DNA of 64,000 bases. It comes from Blasia pusilla. Lineage: Eukaryota. The notes beneath the pieces were generated by a model. The model was given only the letters and a program-made list of their open reading frames with translations. It ran no database searches and had not been told where the DNA came from. Position numbers and translations under genes: made by a program. This document shows positions 41,876-55,967 of this stretch, one piece after another. Location of the stretch: the NCBI GenBank assembly GCA_050084515.1, contig CM114271.1, forward strand, positions 29,016,001 to 29,080,000, written 5' to 3'. Position 1 is the first letter of the stretch. The number at the start of each line of letters is the position of its first letter.

Positions 41876-42681
41876 GAGGTATGAGGGCTTTGACAGTACT
41901 TCTTTGTATTTTATACTTTCTAAGAAATCCGGTAATTTTCTTTGTTATTTTTTCTAACTGGGCAGGTGGACAGTGTCTCCTTATGAATTGGGATGACTGC
42001 TTAGTCATGTCAGATGGGGACTCCAGAAGCCCCTGACATATCCTCTTGTGTGGGACTTGTATCTTTTTTCCCCTGCAAAGATTCACTCAAAGATTTGAGG
42101 TTTCCAAAACATCACTGACAGCTGATTCCTCAGCAATTGAAGTTGGACTATCGACCATAGGACCTGAACTTCCCTCCGGTAAAGCCTCAGGTACAGAGTC
42201 CTTGGGTAATTTGACTCGGGCAGATTTTGGTTTATCATCTGCTCTTCTGATCTCTGGTATCGGCTAATATCAAGATGGTAGAAATTAGCCGCAGCCGGCG
42301 GCTAATTTCAAGATGGAGGTATGAGGGCTTTGACAATACTTCTTTGTATTTTATACTTTATAAGAAATCCGGTACTTTCCTTTGTTACTGTTTCTAACTG
42401 GGCAGGCGGCTATTTTCTTATGGATCGATGCTCAATCATGTCAGATGGGGACTCCAGAAGTGCCTGACATATCCTCTTGTGTGGGACTTGTATCTTTTTT
42501 CCCCTGCAGAGATTCACTCAAAGATTTGAGGTTTCCAAAACATCACTGACAGCTGATTCCTCAACAATTGAAGCTGGATTATCGACCATAGGACCTAAAC
42601 TTCCCTCGGTAAAGCCTCGTCTGAGTCCTTGGGTAATTTGTTAGGCGAAGGGAGTCATCTCGCACTTCGATCTCTGGTATC
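41876..42681. repeat. Tandem duplication (period 440 bp) with a motif-array filler at the junction
   Basis: 41876-42261 is similar to 42316-42681; 42262-42325 matches the 40290-40630 array. Confidence 0.85.
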
Positions 42682-43242
42682 CGAGGACGGTAAATCTGCT
42701 GAATGCAATTCAGAATTGTCTTTGGATGAAACTTCCTTTGCTACGTCTATGCAAATGGCATTTGTTCTTGTATCTCATTCTTCATGTTGACATCTGTCTT
42801 TTTGGCAGACGAATCCACGGATCTACATAAAGGATCGGACTTCCCACAGGTGCATACTCCTCTACTAGTGTCAGATGAAACTACATGCTTAATTCCACCG
42901 GCAGTAGAATATGATACTTCTGTTCCATGACCGACCATCTCTACAGCACTACATTCCAAAGGGCTACTTATATATACTTTTCTGTACCACTTCCAACCCC
43001 AGCTAACCCAGGTTCTCCTGAACGTGGGTTAGCTGTCGTCACATCTGGATCAAGACTTCCATGTGATTTATTCGCTCTCACAGAACTCCATTGGAAGTAC
43101 TTCACATTCTATGTTTGTATTCACCAAGGGCTATACCCTCCCATTGATAAGAGTTGTCACTGATGTGCTTAGTTGGGTTTGGTGCATTTACCATACTAAC
43201 ACGAAAATTAATTTCTTGCAGGGACGACATCTAAGTCAAGCT

Positions 43243-46200
43243 ATGGAAGTAGGGTTCCTATTAAAAGATGTCGTTTATCGGACAGACTTTGCTAGGTTGG
43301 AGGAAGATGTAGATAAGGACATGGCTGTTACCATGGGAGTCGTTGGAGTGTGGGAGGTGGATTGGACCGTCTGTGATAAGGATATGGTCATAAACTTCTT
43401 GAGCACGTTCAACCCCGACACTTCAGAGGGGATGCTTCGACGAATCTACGGGCATACAATGTCACAGTATGCGTTATGTATCTCCACAACTCATAGCAAA
43501 TGCTTTCCAATTCAAACACCTTGGCTCATTCTTATCTATGGAGCGCCAACACACTGATCAAGAGGAGCCAAGAATTTATTCCAAGTACCTCACCAAGCTC
43601 GACAAGAATAGCCACGGATACAAGCTAGGGTGTGTTGTGCCAGAGAACTTTCGGGCAATCCTATTACAACTGAATCGTTGCTTTCATATGAAAGCAAACC
43701 CCGAGTGTGTCCCTGCAAGCATGTTATCAATGGCATGTCGGGCTTGGGAAGGGATTCCGGTGGATTGGGCAAGCTATGTCTACAGGAAACTCATGCTTGA
43801 TATCAGGAAAGTCCTCCGACCAAGAGCCAAGAGAGAGAAAGTGAGAGAAAGCGGAGTTGGAGTTATTTTGACCATTCTCTTCAACCATGGCGATGATCTG
43901 ACCTCACATGAGGTGACTGTAGCAGAGGCTGCCCTAGTATCGGATCCGAAATTGAAAGGGAAGGCAAAGCTGAGTGGGACTCCACCGACCGAGCCCAAGA
44001 ATCCTCGGAAGAGGAAAATTGCAGGAAAGGAGGAGAGTGAGCCCAAAGACAAATCATAGCGATTGCGCATAAAACTGAAGCTACCTACCAAAGACACTAC
44101 TACAGGGAAGGCACAAACTTCAGATGATAGCGATGATTTCATTGCTCAAAAGAAAATACCGAGAAATAAGAGTTCCTCACATGGAGCCGGGAAGGAGCTT
44201 CCACAATCGCAGGTGAAGAATCCGAAGTCTCGGCCAAAAACCCAAGGAAAGAAGAAAGTGAGGGTTCTAACCATTTCTATTCATTTTGTTTTAGTTTCTT
44301 GGCTATATGCATGAACGGCGGCTATTCATAGCCCAGGGCACTTGCAAGCATTAACATGCGGCTAAATTGTAGACTAATAGCAGCCGGCGGCGGCTATTCA
44401 CAGCCTTTGCACAAGGATGCCAGAATGAACCGGCGTCTATTATAGCAGAAGCCCGCGGCTATTTTAATTCTCTGGATGGCGACTAAGAGCAGCCGCCGGT
44501 GACTATTAAGCGCGCCTTTGGACAAGGCTACCAGAAAGAGTCGGCGTCTATTCTAGCACATGGGGGCGACTATGCACTCTCTTTGGACAAAAAAAAATAG
44601 CAGGCGGAGGGGGGCTATTCACAACCATTGTACAAGGTCGGCGGCTATCCACAGCGTTTGGGCAAGGCTACTAGCTTACACAAGGCTGCCTACACTTTTT
44701 TTTGTTTTCTTTATATGTAAATATAACTTTTGGGGTTCATTGGTGTGTACTAGGGGACGTCTACACTTCCAGCAAAAGGAGACGTCATTCGGATTGGACT
44801 GAGGGCTAGCCCTCAGTCCAATCCGAATGACACTCACACCAACAGGCATGATTCACCTTCACCTGTACATGGAGTGAAGAATGGAGAAAGCAAAGGGAAT
44901 GAGCAACGGAAGGATGGTATCGATGGCTTGGATTGGCAAGAATTTGGGAACTTGCCTGAATGGAACACTCAGAAGGTAGGAGGTTGGGAAGTTCCCAATG
45001 TTTCTCAGTTCGGGCCTTCACAACACCGTAGAGAGTCTCTAGGCACAACAAGGAAAGACACGGCAGATGCACCTATGAAGAACACTACAGAGGGCCCTCA
45101 TGGGAATATGGCAAGCGGCACACCACGTGCTCACCCTACAACAACGACCAAGGCCCATCTTTTCGTGGAGCCTATGGTGATTACCCGAGGCTCTCAAACC
45201 ATGGACAAGTTTCTTGTGAACAGAATGAGTCAAACTGACCATATGTTCACAGTGGATCAACAATTGCAAATAGATAGTATCCCTGAGGTGCATATGGTTA
45301 ACCACTTATGCCAGACTGAGAGCGTGTACCATGTGAACAACTATGTGCAAACTGAGGACTCCACATGGTGGTTGAATCACATGCGGTCCAAAGCGCTAGC
45401 AATGGTTCCAACACGCGGTGCTCCACAACCCAAACCATCAAGTGAAGATGGTGTACTCCCTAATGCTAGGGGAGCTGAAGGTTTGGACGGAAAAGAAGAT
45501 GGGCTCAAATCACAGAAGGTATTATACCAATCTTCAATTTCCCATCTTCCTTAATATGGCCTCTATTCTCCAATCGTTGTTCACAAATTGCAGTAAGTTC
45601 TTATGGATTTTTGGCATCCTCAGTGGAGGAGTCAATGTATAGGTGAAGGTTTACTCTATACTTGTTGGATTGTCCCTAAACCCTATCCAAAAATCCTTAG
45701 TGATCACAACCGGCGCCTATTCACTGTGGGCGGCTATTCACACAGCCTTAGTATCACAACCGGCGGGTAAACATAGCCGGCGCCTATTCATAGTGGGCGG
45801 CTATGCACACCCAATGCCAATTCACATTTGGCGGCTAAGCACAAAGTGGGGCTAATCACACATGACGGCTTTTTTCCATTGTAGGTTATTTCATGTACAC
45901 ATTCCGTTTGTCTTTGGATGTAGGGACCAACGGAAGAAGTACGAGAGGAAGACCCGAGTGTGCCACAAGGAGGGTTTCTGATTGATGAGAGAATCATACA
46001 ATTGTGGATTAACTATTTGGGGATGCCCGCGGAAGATGTGGTGCATTTGGAGTGTTGGGAGGACAAAATTCATCTCACTGAACGAACCACAGCTAGAGTA
46101 GACAAGTATGTTGAAGTCCTGGAGCTAAGGCACGCAACTCTTCTCGCTGAAAGAGGAGATCTCATTACAAAGTTAGGAGTGACCGGCTATGACAACAAAG

Positions 46201-46394
46201 GTGGGTGGGAAGAAGCCTTGCCTAGAGTGACAACCTTGCAAGATTCGGCAGCAAGGAATTCACAGTTTATTCGTGATCTCTTGAGTAGGCTAGGTGTGTC
46301 ATCAGACGGCTTGGACGAGGCATCCTGTTTCTCCAGGGTTCTAGTGGCTATTTTTGACTTGCAGCGGTTGGATTCTTCAGGTCCAAGCATGTAA
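43243..46394 (+). pseudogene. Accessory gene of the MULE, unknown function. Predicted exons 43243-44257, 44754-45518, 45924-46394; one frameshift (about 43460) and one stop (44057-44059)
   Basis: Phase-0 GT-AG junctions join the ORFs in frame. N-terminal region (VINFLSTF..IANAF..VDWASYV) loosely resembles plant-transposon accessory domains (Athila ORF1/PMD-like), followed by a basic NLS-like tract PRKRK, QT repeats and a helical C-terminus. Confidence 0.6.
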
Positions 46395-46539
46395 TAAATC
46401 TTTGTAAAGTTCCTTTTTGTTTTATGGTGAAACGGTGATCACATCCATGTTGTATAATGTATGTGAAGCGCTGAAATTTGTGCACTTCCACCCCAAACCC
46501 TACAACCTGCGTCTAAAACGCTCACCAGCCTTGTTTTAG

Positions 46540-46810
46540 CCGCTAGAATGCCATGACACACTGGAGCTGCGGCTACAACCTGCGGCTAACTCCAAACCCT
46601 AAACCTACGGCTAAAACCTGCGGCTAAAACCTGCGGTTAAATTGGTCCATCCTCTCCCCCTTGGCTGAAACTTCATCAGCTCACTGCAATGCCATGACAC
46701 ACTGGAGCTACGGCTAAAACCTGCGGCTAAATCCAAAATTCCACCCTAAACTTGCGGCTAAATTGGTCCCTCCTCTCCCCCTTGGTTGAAACTTCAGAAC
46801 TTCTGCGGTT
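46540..46810 (+). repeat. Subterminal repeats with CTGCGGCTAAA and a duplicated segment of about 140 bp
   Basis: AATGCCATGACACACTGGAGCT..GCGGCTAAATTGGTCC..CCCCTTGG occurs twice. Confidence 0.8.
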
Positions 46811-47723
46811 AAGTGCAAAGGTCTACTACTATGGAAATGGTGCTAGAACAATTACCGGACTTCCCGGTAGCTCATATCCCATGAACAGGGTGTTGTAGGT
46901 AAGAGCCCCACTCAAGCAAGAGATTTCGTAGGGGGGCCACTTAAGCAACATAAGTAGGGCAGGGGGCCACTTAAGCAAATACCTGTATTTTACTTCCCGT
47001 GCATGACATAGGAACTAGGATTAATTATTCAAACGACAATGTCCCCCTCCCCGTGGGGAAGAATTATTCCATCCACAAACAACCAACCGTCGCGTCATCA
47101 TCCCATCTACGGCGCAGCGATCCTCTAAAGACAATCTCACGTTTCTACGGTCCCACAAGCACCACAAGAACGAACTGTGACACGAGCGTGCCACCGCTCT
47201 GCGTTGCGGTGGCACAAATCTCGTACTTGGAGCCACGTTAGTTTAACCTAAACTACGCGCCACTTGGTTCTGCATTTATGATCCGACTGCAGTTGAGCAG
47301 AGACAACCACGGCACAAATCCAGATTCCGGACTCCTTCCCCTCACTACGGCTGCGATGCTTGGAGTCGCCGCAGTAGGGACTTCGGTCCTCGGCGCCCCA
47401 GCCAGAAATAGATACGTGGTTTGGAACAGAAGTCGGGAGTCCGCAGTAGCGCTACGGTGGTCGCTAGCTAAGTGGCGTGCTTCCGCACATCCAAGTGCCC
47501 CATGAGAGAAAGGAGAGGGAGAGGGGAGAAAGAGAAGGAAGGAGAGACACACAAAATCCTTATCGCCGATTTGTGCCAGTGATCCATCCATTCAGCTTCG
47601 CTCCGGGTGCTGCGGTGGTGGTGGTGGTATTTGAAGCGAGGAGTGGGGTTTGTGAAGTCCCTTTGCTGTTCTTCTCGCTTCGTTCCGTTGGTAGTGTGTC
47701 CAGACAAGAGAGAGTGTGTCGCC

Positions 47724-50940
<3,217 letters not shown>

Positions 50941-52022
50941 ACTTTTTAGGAAAAAGCAAGAATACGAATACTTCCATTTCCAGTAATAAGAGCACCAAAA
51001 GGGTGCAGGTGTAACACAATTAGTGTAGGTAGAGTTGAGAAAATATACTCTGAGGAATCCATCCAAACCATAAAATTTATGGTCCTCGGTGTTTAGGAGG
51101 ACATCAACTCTTTATAATGCTTCCAGCTTTAAGGAGTTGTGGCGGATAGACAGTGGAGGTGAGCGACAGATGGTTTGCGGTGAGCAACAGATGATGCAAA
51201 CCATCGCCCTGCAGATTTTTGACTGAGGAATACCGTTTCTAGGCGTTTCTTCCGTGCTTTAAGGGAGTCTGGTGTTGACTTATCAGATGTCAGCGGCCTA
51301 AGTGCGATTTTACATGGTATGTTTGTACCATTATGATGAAAACCAGAAAGCAATATGAGTGAATCTAGCTGTCTCTACGGAGGCAGCAGCGAGCTCTCCA
51401 GGATTTGTCATATGCTTTCTACTTGGCTACTTGTGGGTCATAATAACTCAAGGTGTAGTAATTGTTGGTGCAGAAAGGATAATAGAAGCCCACGATTTAC
51501 GCTTCATTGTCACAAATTATCCTTCATCAGTGCATCTGCCGATTGTGCCCACTCGTTTTGAGAGATGTTAGCTGTTATAGAAGTCTACAGTGCGACTTGG
51601 AACGTGGAACACCACATGAACTGGACAAACGATATAGAACGGGGTATGGACATAATCTCCCCGAAAGTGGAGACTCTTGCAGTGAATGTTCAGCGAATCA
51701 AGCAATCTGAGTCCAGTCCAATCGTGATGGAAGCGTGTTTGGTAGGGTGAATGGCGGCTACAAACGTCATGCCACGCTTAACACCAACGAAATTGCGCAC
51801 TCACCGCCGCCTCCATAGACAGCCACTCACACCTTGCAATTAATTGGACTTCTCGGTTAGTTTCGACACATGCAACTTCTGGGATCAGTTTCGGGCCAGT
51901 GATCGTAAGCGCAGCACGCTTGCCCAAGTGGCGCAGGCCTAGAAATTATGGCAGCAACTCCGGAGGAAAGCTATCCCCTTGCAGTGGCCATAACCCGGTG
52001 AGCTACTCCGCTTATTTCTGTT

Positions 52023-52180
52023 TGGGCCCGAGCGTAACACGTGGTCCGGTTCTGAATCTTGGACGGTCTCTCTTCGTCTTTAGAATGGCACAACTACTGT
52101 CTTTTCTGGTTGGGCCCGGGCTTAACACGTGATCCGATTCTGAATCTTGAACGGTCTCTCTTCGTCATTAGAATGGCAAC
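52023..52180 (+). repeat. Short direct duplication (period 88 bp) containing TGGGCC and CACGTG boxes
   Basis: TGGGCCCG..TAACACGTG..TCTGAATCTTG.ACGGTCTCTCTTCGTC.TTAGAATGGCA occurs twice. Confidence 0.8.
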
Positions 52181-53990
52181 CACTGTCTACGACTCCTCGA
52201 CCCACTGGCCCTACTTTTCGAACTCCGACGCGGGTTGAGGTGTAACGATAAAGGAGAAAGGGGTTTGAAAGCCTGCACATGGATCCCACACACATTTTTG
52301 AGAAACATATTTTTTTATTTTATACTAGTGGGTATAATGGGAATGGGTATAATGGGAAATTTATTTATTTTACATGTCAAACGAACAAAGAGGTGTATGC
52401 AAATCAAGAAGGCATTTTCCAATAATAATACAAATTATTATATGAAAATATTTTTTTAAATATAAATCAAAAAATGATATTGAGATAACATGAAAATCTT
52501 GGGATAGCAAAAAATTTTTAAGAAAAAATTAATCACCATTGGTCTCGTGCATACAAGAGGTTCGAATACTATTATGATTGGAGCAAGATGTCTACATTTC
52601 ATTATTGAAGTTATGTTTTACCACCATTGTTTATTTTGCTCCTAAAATTAGTTTCTACGGATTGTAATGGTCTTTTTTAGTGTTTTTATTTATTTTGCTT
52701 GTATATTATTTTACGGGTTCTTCCTTTCTTTTCTATTTATATCAACTTTTTCTCTTAAACATATGCAAGGAAAAACTCAAAAAGATTCGTCATTATTTTC
52801 TTTTCTACCTTCGAAATGAGGGGATCATTAAGCATGTAAATGATTTTTTAAAAATTAACAAAAACTTCTTACAATTTCATTTTGGCACAAAGTTATCAAC
52901 TAAGAAACTTTCAAAATATATTTTAACCTTCATCTATCTTAACCCTATCACTCTAGAGAAAAACCATCCCTCTAAAGTTGTATAAGTCTCCTTCAATCAA
53001 TCCAAATAGCAAAATTTATATATTTATCCATGCATATAATCTCAACGCATGTCTTTCTAGTAAAGCGAAAAAAATCGGGTAATTTATTAACAAATGTGGT
53101 GTAATTTAGTTCAAGCATTAGTTAGATCATTTGATTATGGGACATCAATTTTCTTACAAGGATTGAGAATAGCAAGACTTTGTACTTTCCATCAATCTAT
53201 AATATTGAGGGAGGAACAATTCTTGGCTAGGACTATCATGTGTTAGCCACATATCCTTTAGTAAGTTAGGTTGTAGAAAAACAAATTTGAGAAGGCAAGT
53301 ATTGTACCAACTAAGGGTTGTAGAGTGGAATCAGTTTTCCTTGTACATAGCATAAGCATTAATACACTGGTGATAGCCCAATGCTACACATAAGCCTTAG
53401 ATACACGTTTTCTTACTTTAAAAGTTACATAACATTTTGTTATATGACAAAATTGTCCAATGAAATCATTCCAATTATAAGCCTTGTAAGTTGTACGGGA
53501 TTGATTGAATGTATGAGTAATAATCTTATACCCATGGAAAATAGAGAGATAAGGCACTAGTAATATATGTATTATAGAGTTAATTGTGATAAGAAAAATG
53601 GCAAGTTAGGTCTACACGCTCTATTGACATAATCAAGTATCTTAGTTGGTACAATTCTTGTTGCCTTCGTAAAAGTATGTGCATACTATGTTGAAATACA
53701 AGATTCACAAGAGATATACATTACAATTTTTATTTATGAAATATAAGTTTTATCGAAAGTCAAAAAAATAATGGAGAGAGGAGTGGTTTAGAATGTAATT
53801 GATCAATTATTGTTATTCGAGATAACCTGATTATATCCAATTTTGTGATTTAGATTGTAAATTAATGATTATTTTCAAGAGGACCAACCAAGCTACAATG
53901 GAGATTAAATTTCTCATGTCTTGCATTTAAAAGGGATCCTATTTATTTATTTTTGGATTTCTTACTATCCTAAGGATTGATGGTCTATAG

Positions 53991-54486
53991 AGATCACATG
54001 TGTAAGCAAAAGACCACTCATAATTTCCAATTATTTATATCTTGAAAGTTTTTTTATAATAAGACTTTAAGATTTGTAGTCTTCTTACTCTAGAGGCATC
54101 AAATCCAAATTCATTTCTTTATTGTCCCTATTAGAGCTCCACGTACATTTTCAACTCTTTTATTGTTCTATATCTCACATCCAACCTAAAATAGTGACTT
54201 ATGTCATCCTTAGCCTTCTTATTGTCTAACCATTGTGACATCTAAGATTATACCAAAATAAAGCTAACGATGACATAAGGCAATATTTTAGGTTGGATGT
54301 GAGATATAGAACAATAAAAGAGTTGAAAATATACGTGGAGTTCTAATAGGGACAATAAAGAAATGAATCTGGATTTGGTGCCTCTAGAGTAAAAAGACGA
54401 CAAATCTAAAAGTCTTATTATAAAAAAACTATCAAGATATAAAGAATTGGAAATTATGAGTGATATTTTGTTTACACATCTGATCT
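53991..54486. mobile_element. Foldback/MITE-like long inverted repeat
   Basis: Arms of about 224 bp (53991-54214 and 54263-54486) are reverse complements with scattered mismatches, around a spacer of about 48 bp. No clear TSD. Confidence 0.75.
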
Positions 54487-55129
54487 TCATTGTGACTCTA
54501 TTCACTCATCAAAGTGCTTATGTAATATTCTCAAAAGAGTTAGATGATTATTATGTTTATATTTTATGAGTATCACTGATGTTGTAAATATTTACAACTA
54601 TATGAAGTGTAATTATAACATGTGTATTTTATGTCCTGCAATATTATACATTTCTCTTATTTTCTTATGTTTTACAAGTAGTGTTAATAGATACATGGTT
54701 AATAACATGATATTGGTAGGTTTGTTTTAAAAAATCAATCAACTATATACTTCTCTGTAAAAAAAACATACTAAGCTCAATTTTTCCATGTCATATGTGA
54801 GAGATCTTCAAGGATTTAGGGAATTTTTCTATAATAACAATACAAAACTATATTTATAGAGGAAATTATGTTATACTATATTAAAATATGACTCCTCCTT
54901 GATTCCCAAATCCTTCACCATATGTTGCATGAGCATTACTTTTCTTCCACTTGTTAATATGTATTTGCTTATTTCATTTCTTATCAATAAAACTATTGTG
55001 TTCAATTTGATCTCGAAAATATCAACTATTACTTTATGCATTACACAAGTTGTGTACTATATATTTAGGATTAGATAGAGAACTACTCTAATCGTTAATA
55101 GTAGTTTTTTTACCTATATGATGTATTTT

Positions 55130-55680
55130 CCTTAAGGGAGGATGGATAATTAGTTAGGAGATGCACCTAGTAGGTAACGATAGCTCACCTAGTCTGCAAG
55201 AGAATGCGCAATTTGCAAGTAATGGATCAAACATACGTAGAGGTCATGGTAGAAGCTTTGGTGGTCGTGATGGATATCAAGCACATGGAGGAAGAGGTGC
55301 TCACCATAACATTTCTCATTCATCTGCAAACTAGTACCTGAAACAATCATAAAGTGGTGATGGTGGAAACCGTTGGGATTTTGATCAACAGTAGAGGGTC
55401 CTTAGATCTTGCAATTACTGTGGGATAAAGGGTCACTATGCAAGTTTTTGCTTCAAGAAGAAGGCAGATATGAGAAAGGAAGTCTTACAACAACAAAAAT
55501 ATGTGGCGCAACAATACCAAGGGCAATATCAAGAACAATAACATTTACAAACTGAGCGTCTCTTGATCGTGACTCATCAAATGGGAGCAATGCTCAAGAA
55601 AGACTCCATAATTGATTTGTATTTTGGCTCTGTGCATCAAATCACATGATCTCACATGTGCATACCAAGTTTGATAAGGA
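55130..55680 (+). pseudogene. Copia gag zinc knuckle and protease remnant
   Basis: CNYCGIKGHYASFCFKKK knuckle and ASNHM protease-like motif; homologous to the minus-strand Copia at 23700-23921 and 26129-26200. Confidence 0.65.
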
Positions 55681-55967
55681 TTATGATTATGAGGAAGACA
55701 TTGGGGGAAAGGAAAATTGCCCAACATTAGCGAAAGGACATAACCATCGAGGAAGAAATTTGGAATTTATGGATTTATTTGTTTCTCTCTCTACGTATAA
55801 TACAAAAGAAATAAATAGGAGTGTGCCATGTGTTTTGTTTGGTTTAGGGTTTTTTTCTTGTTAGGGTGGGAACTTGTGACTTAAAGAAGGTCTTAGGGTA
55901 CTTTAACATAAACTACACTAGGTTAGTTCCAACCTCTATTGCTTGGACGTTGCAGTTTTCTCATAGA

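Larger units (their letters stand above)
33218..46985 (+). mobile_element. Mutator-like DNA transposon (MULE), 13.8 kb
   Basis: TIRs 33218-33294 and 46908-46985 (CAGGTATTTGCTTAAGTGG...CTTGAGTGG). Perfect 9-bp TSD TATTTTACT at 33209-33217 and 46986-46994. Encodes a MULE transposase. Confidence 0.95.
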
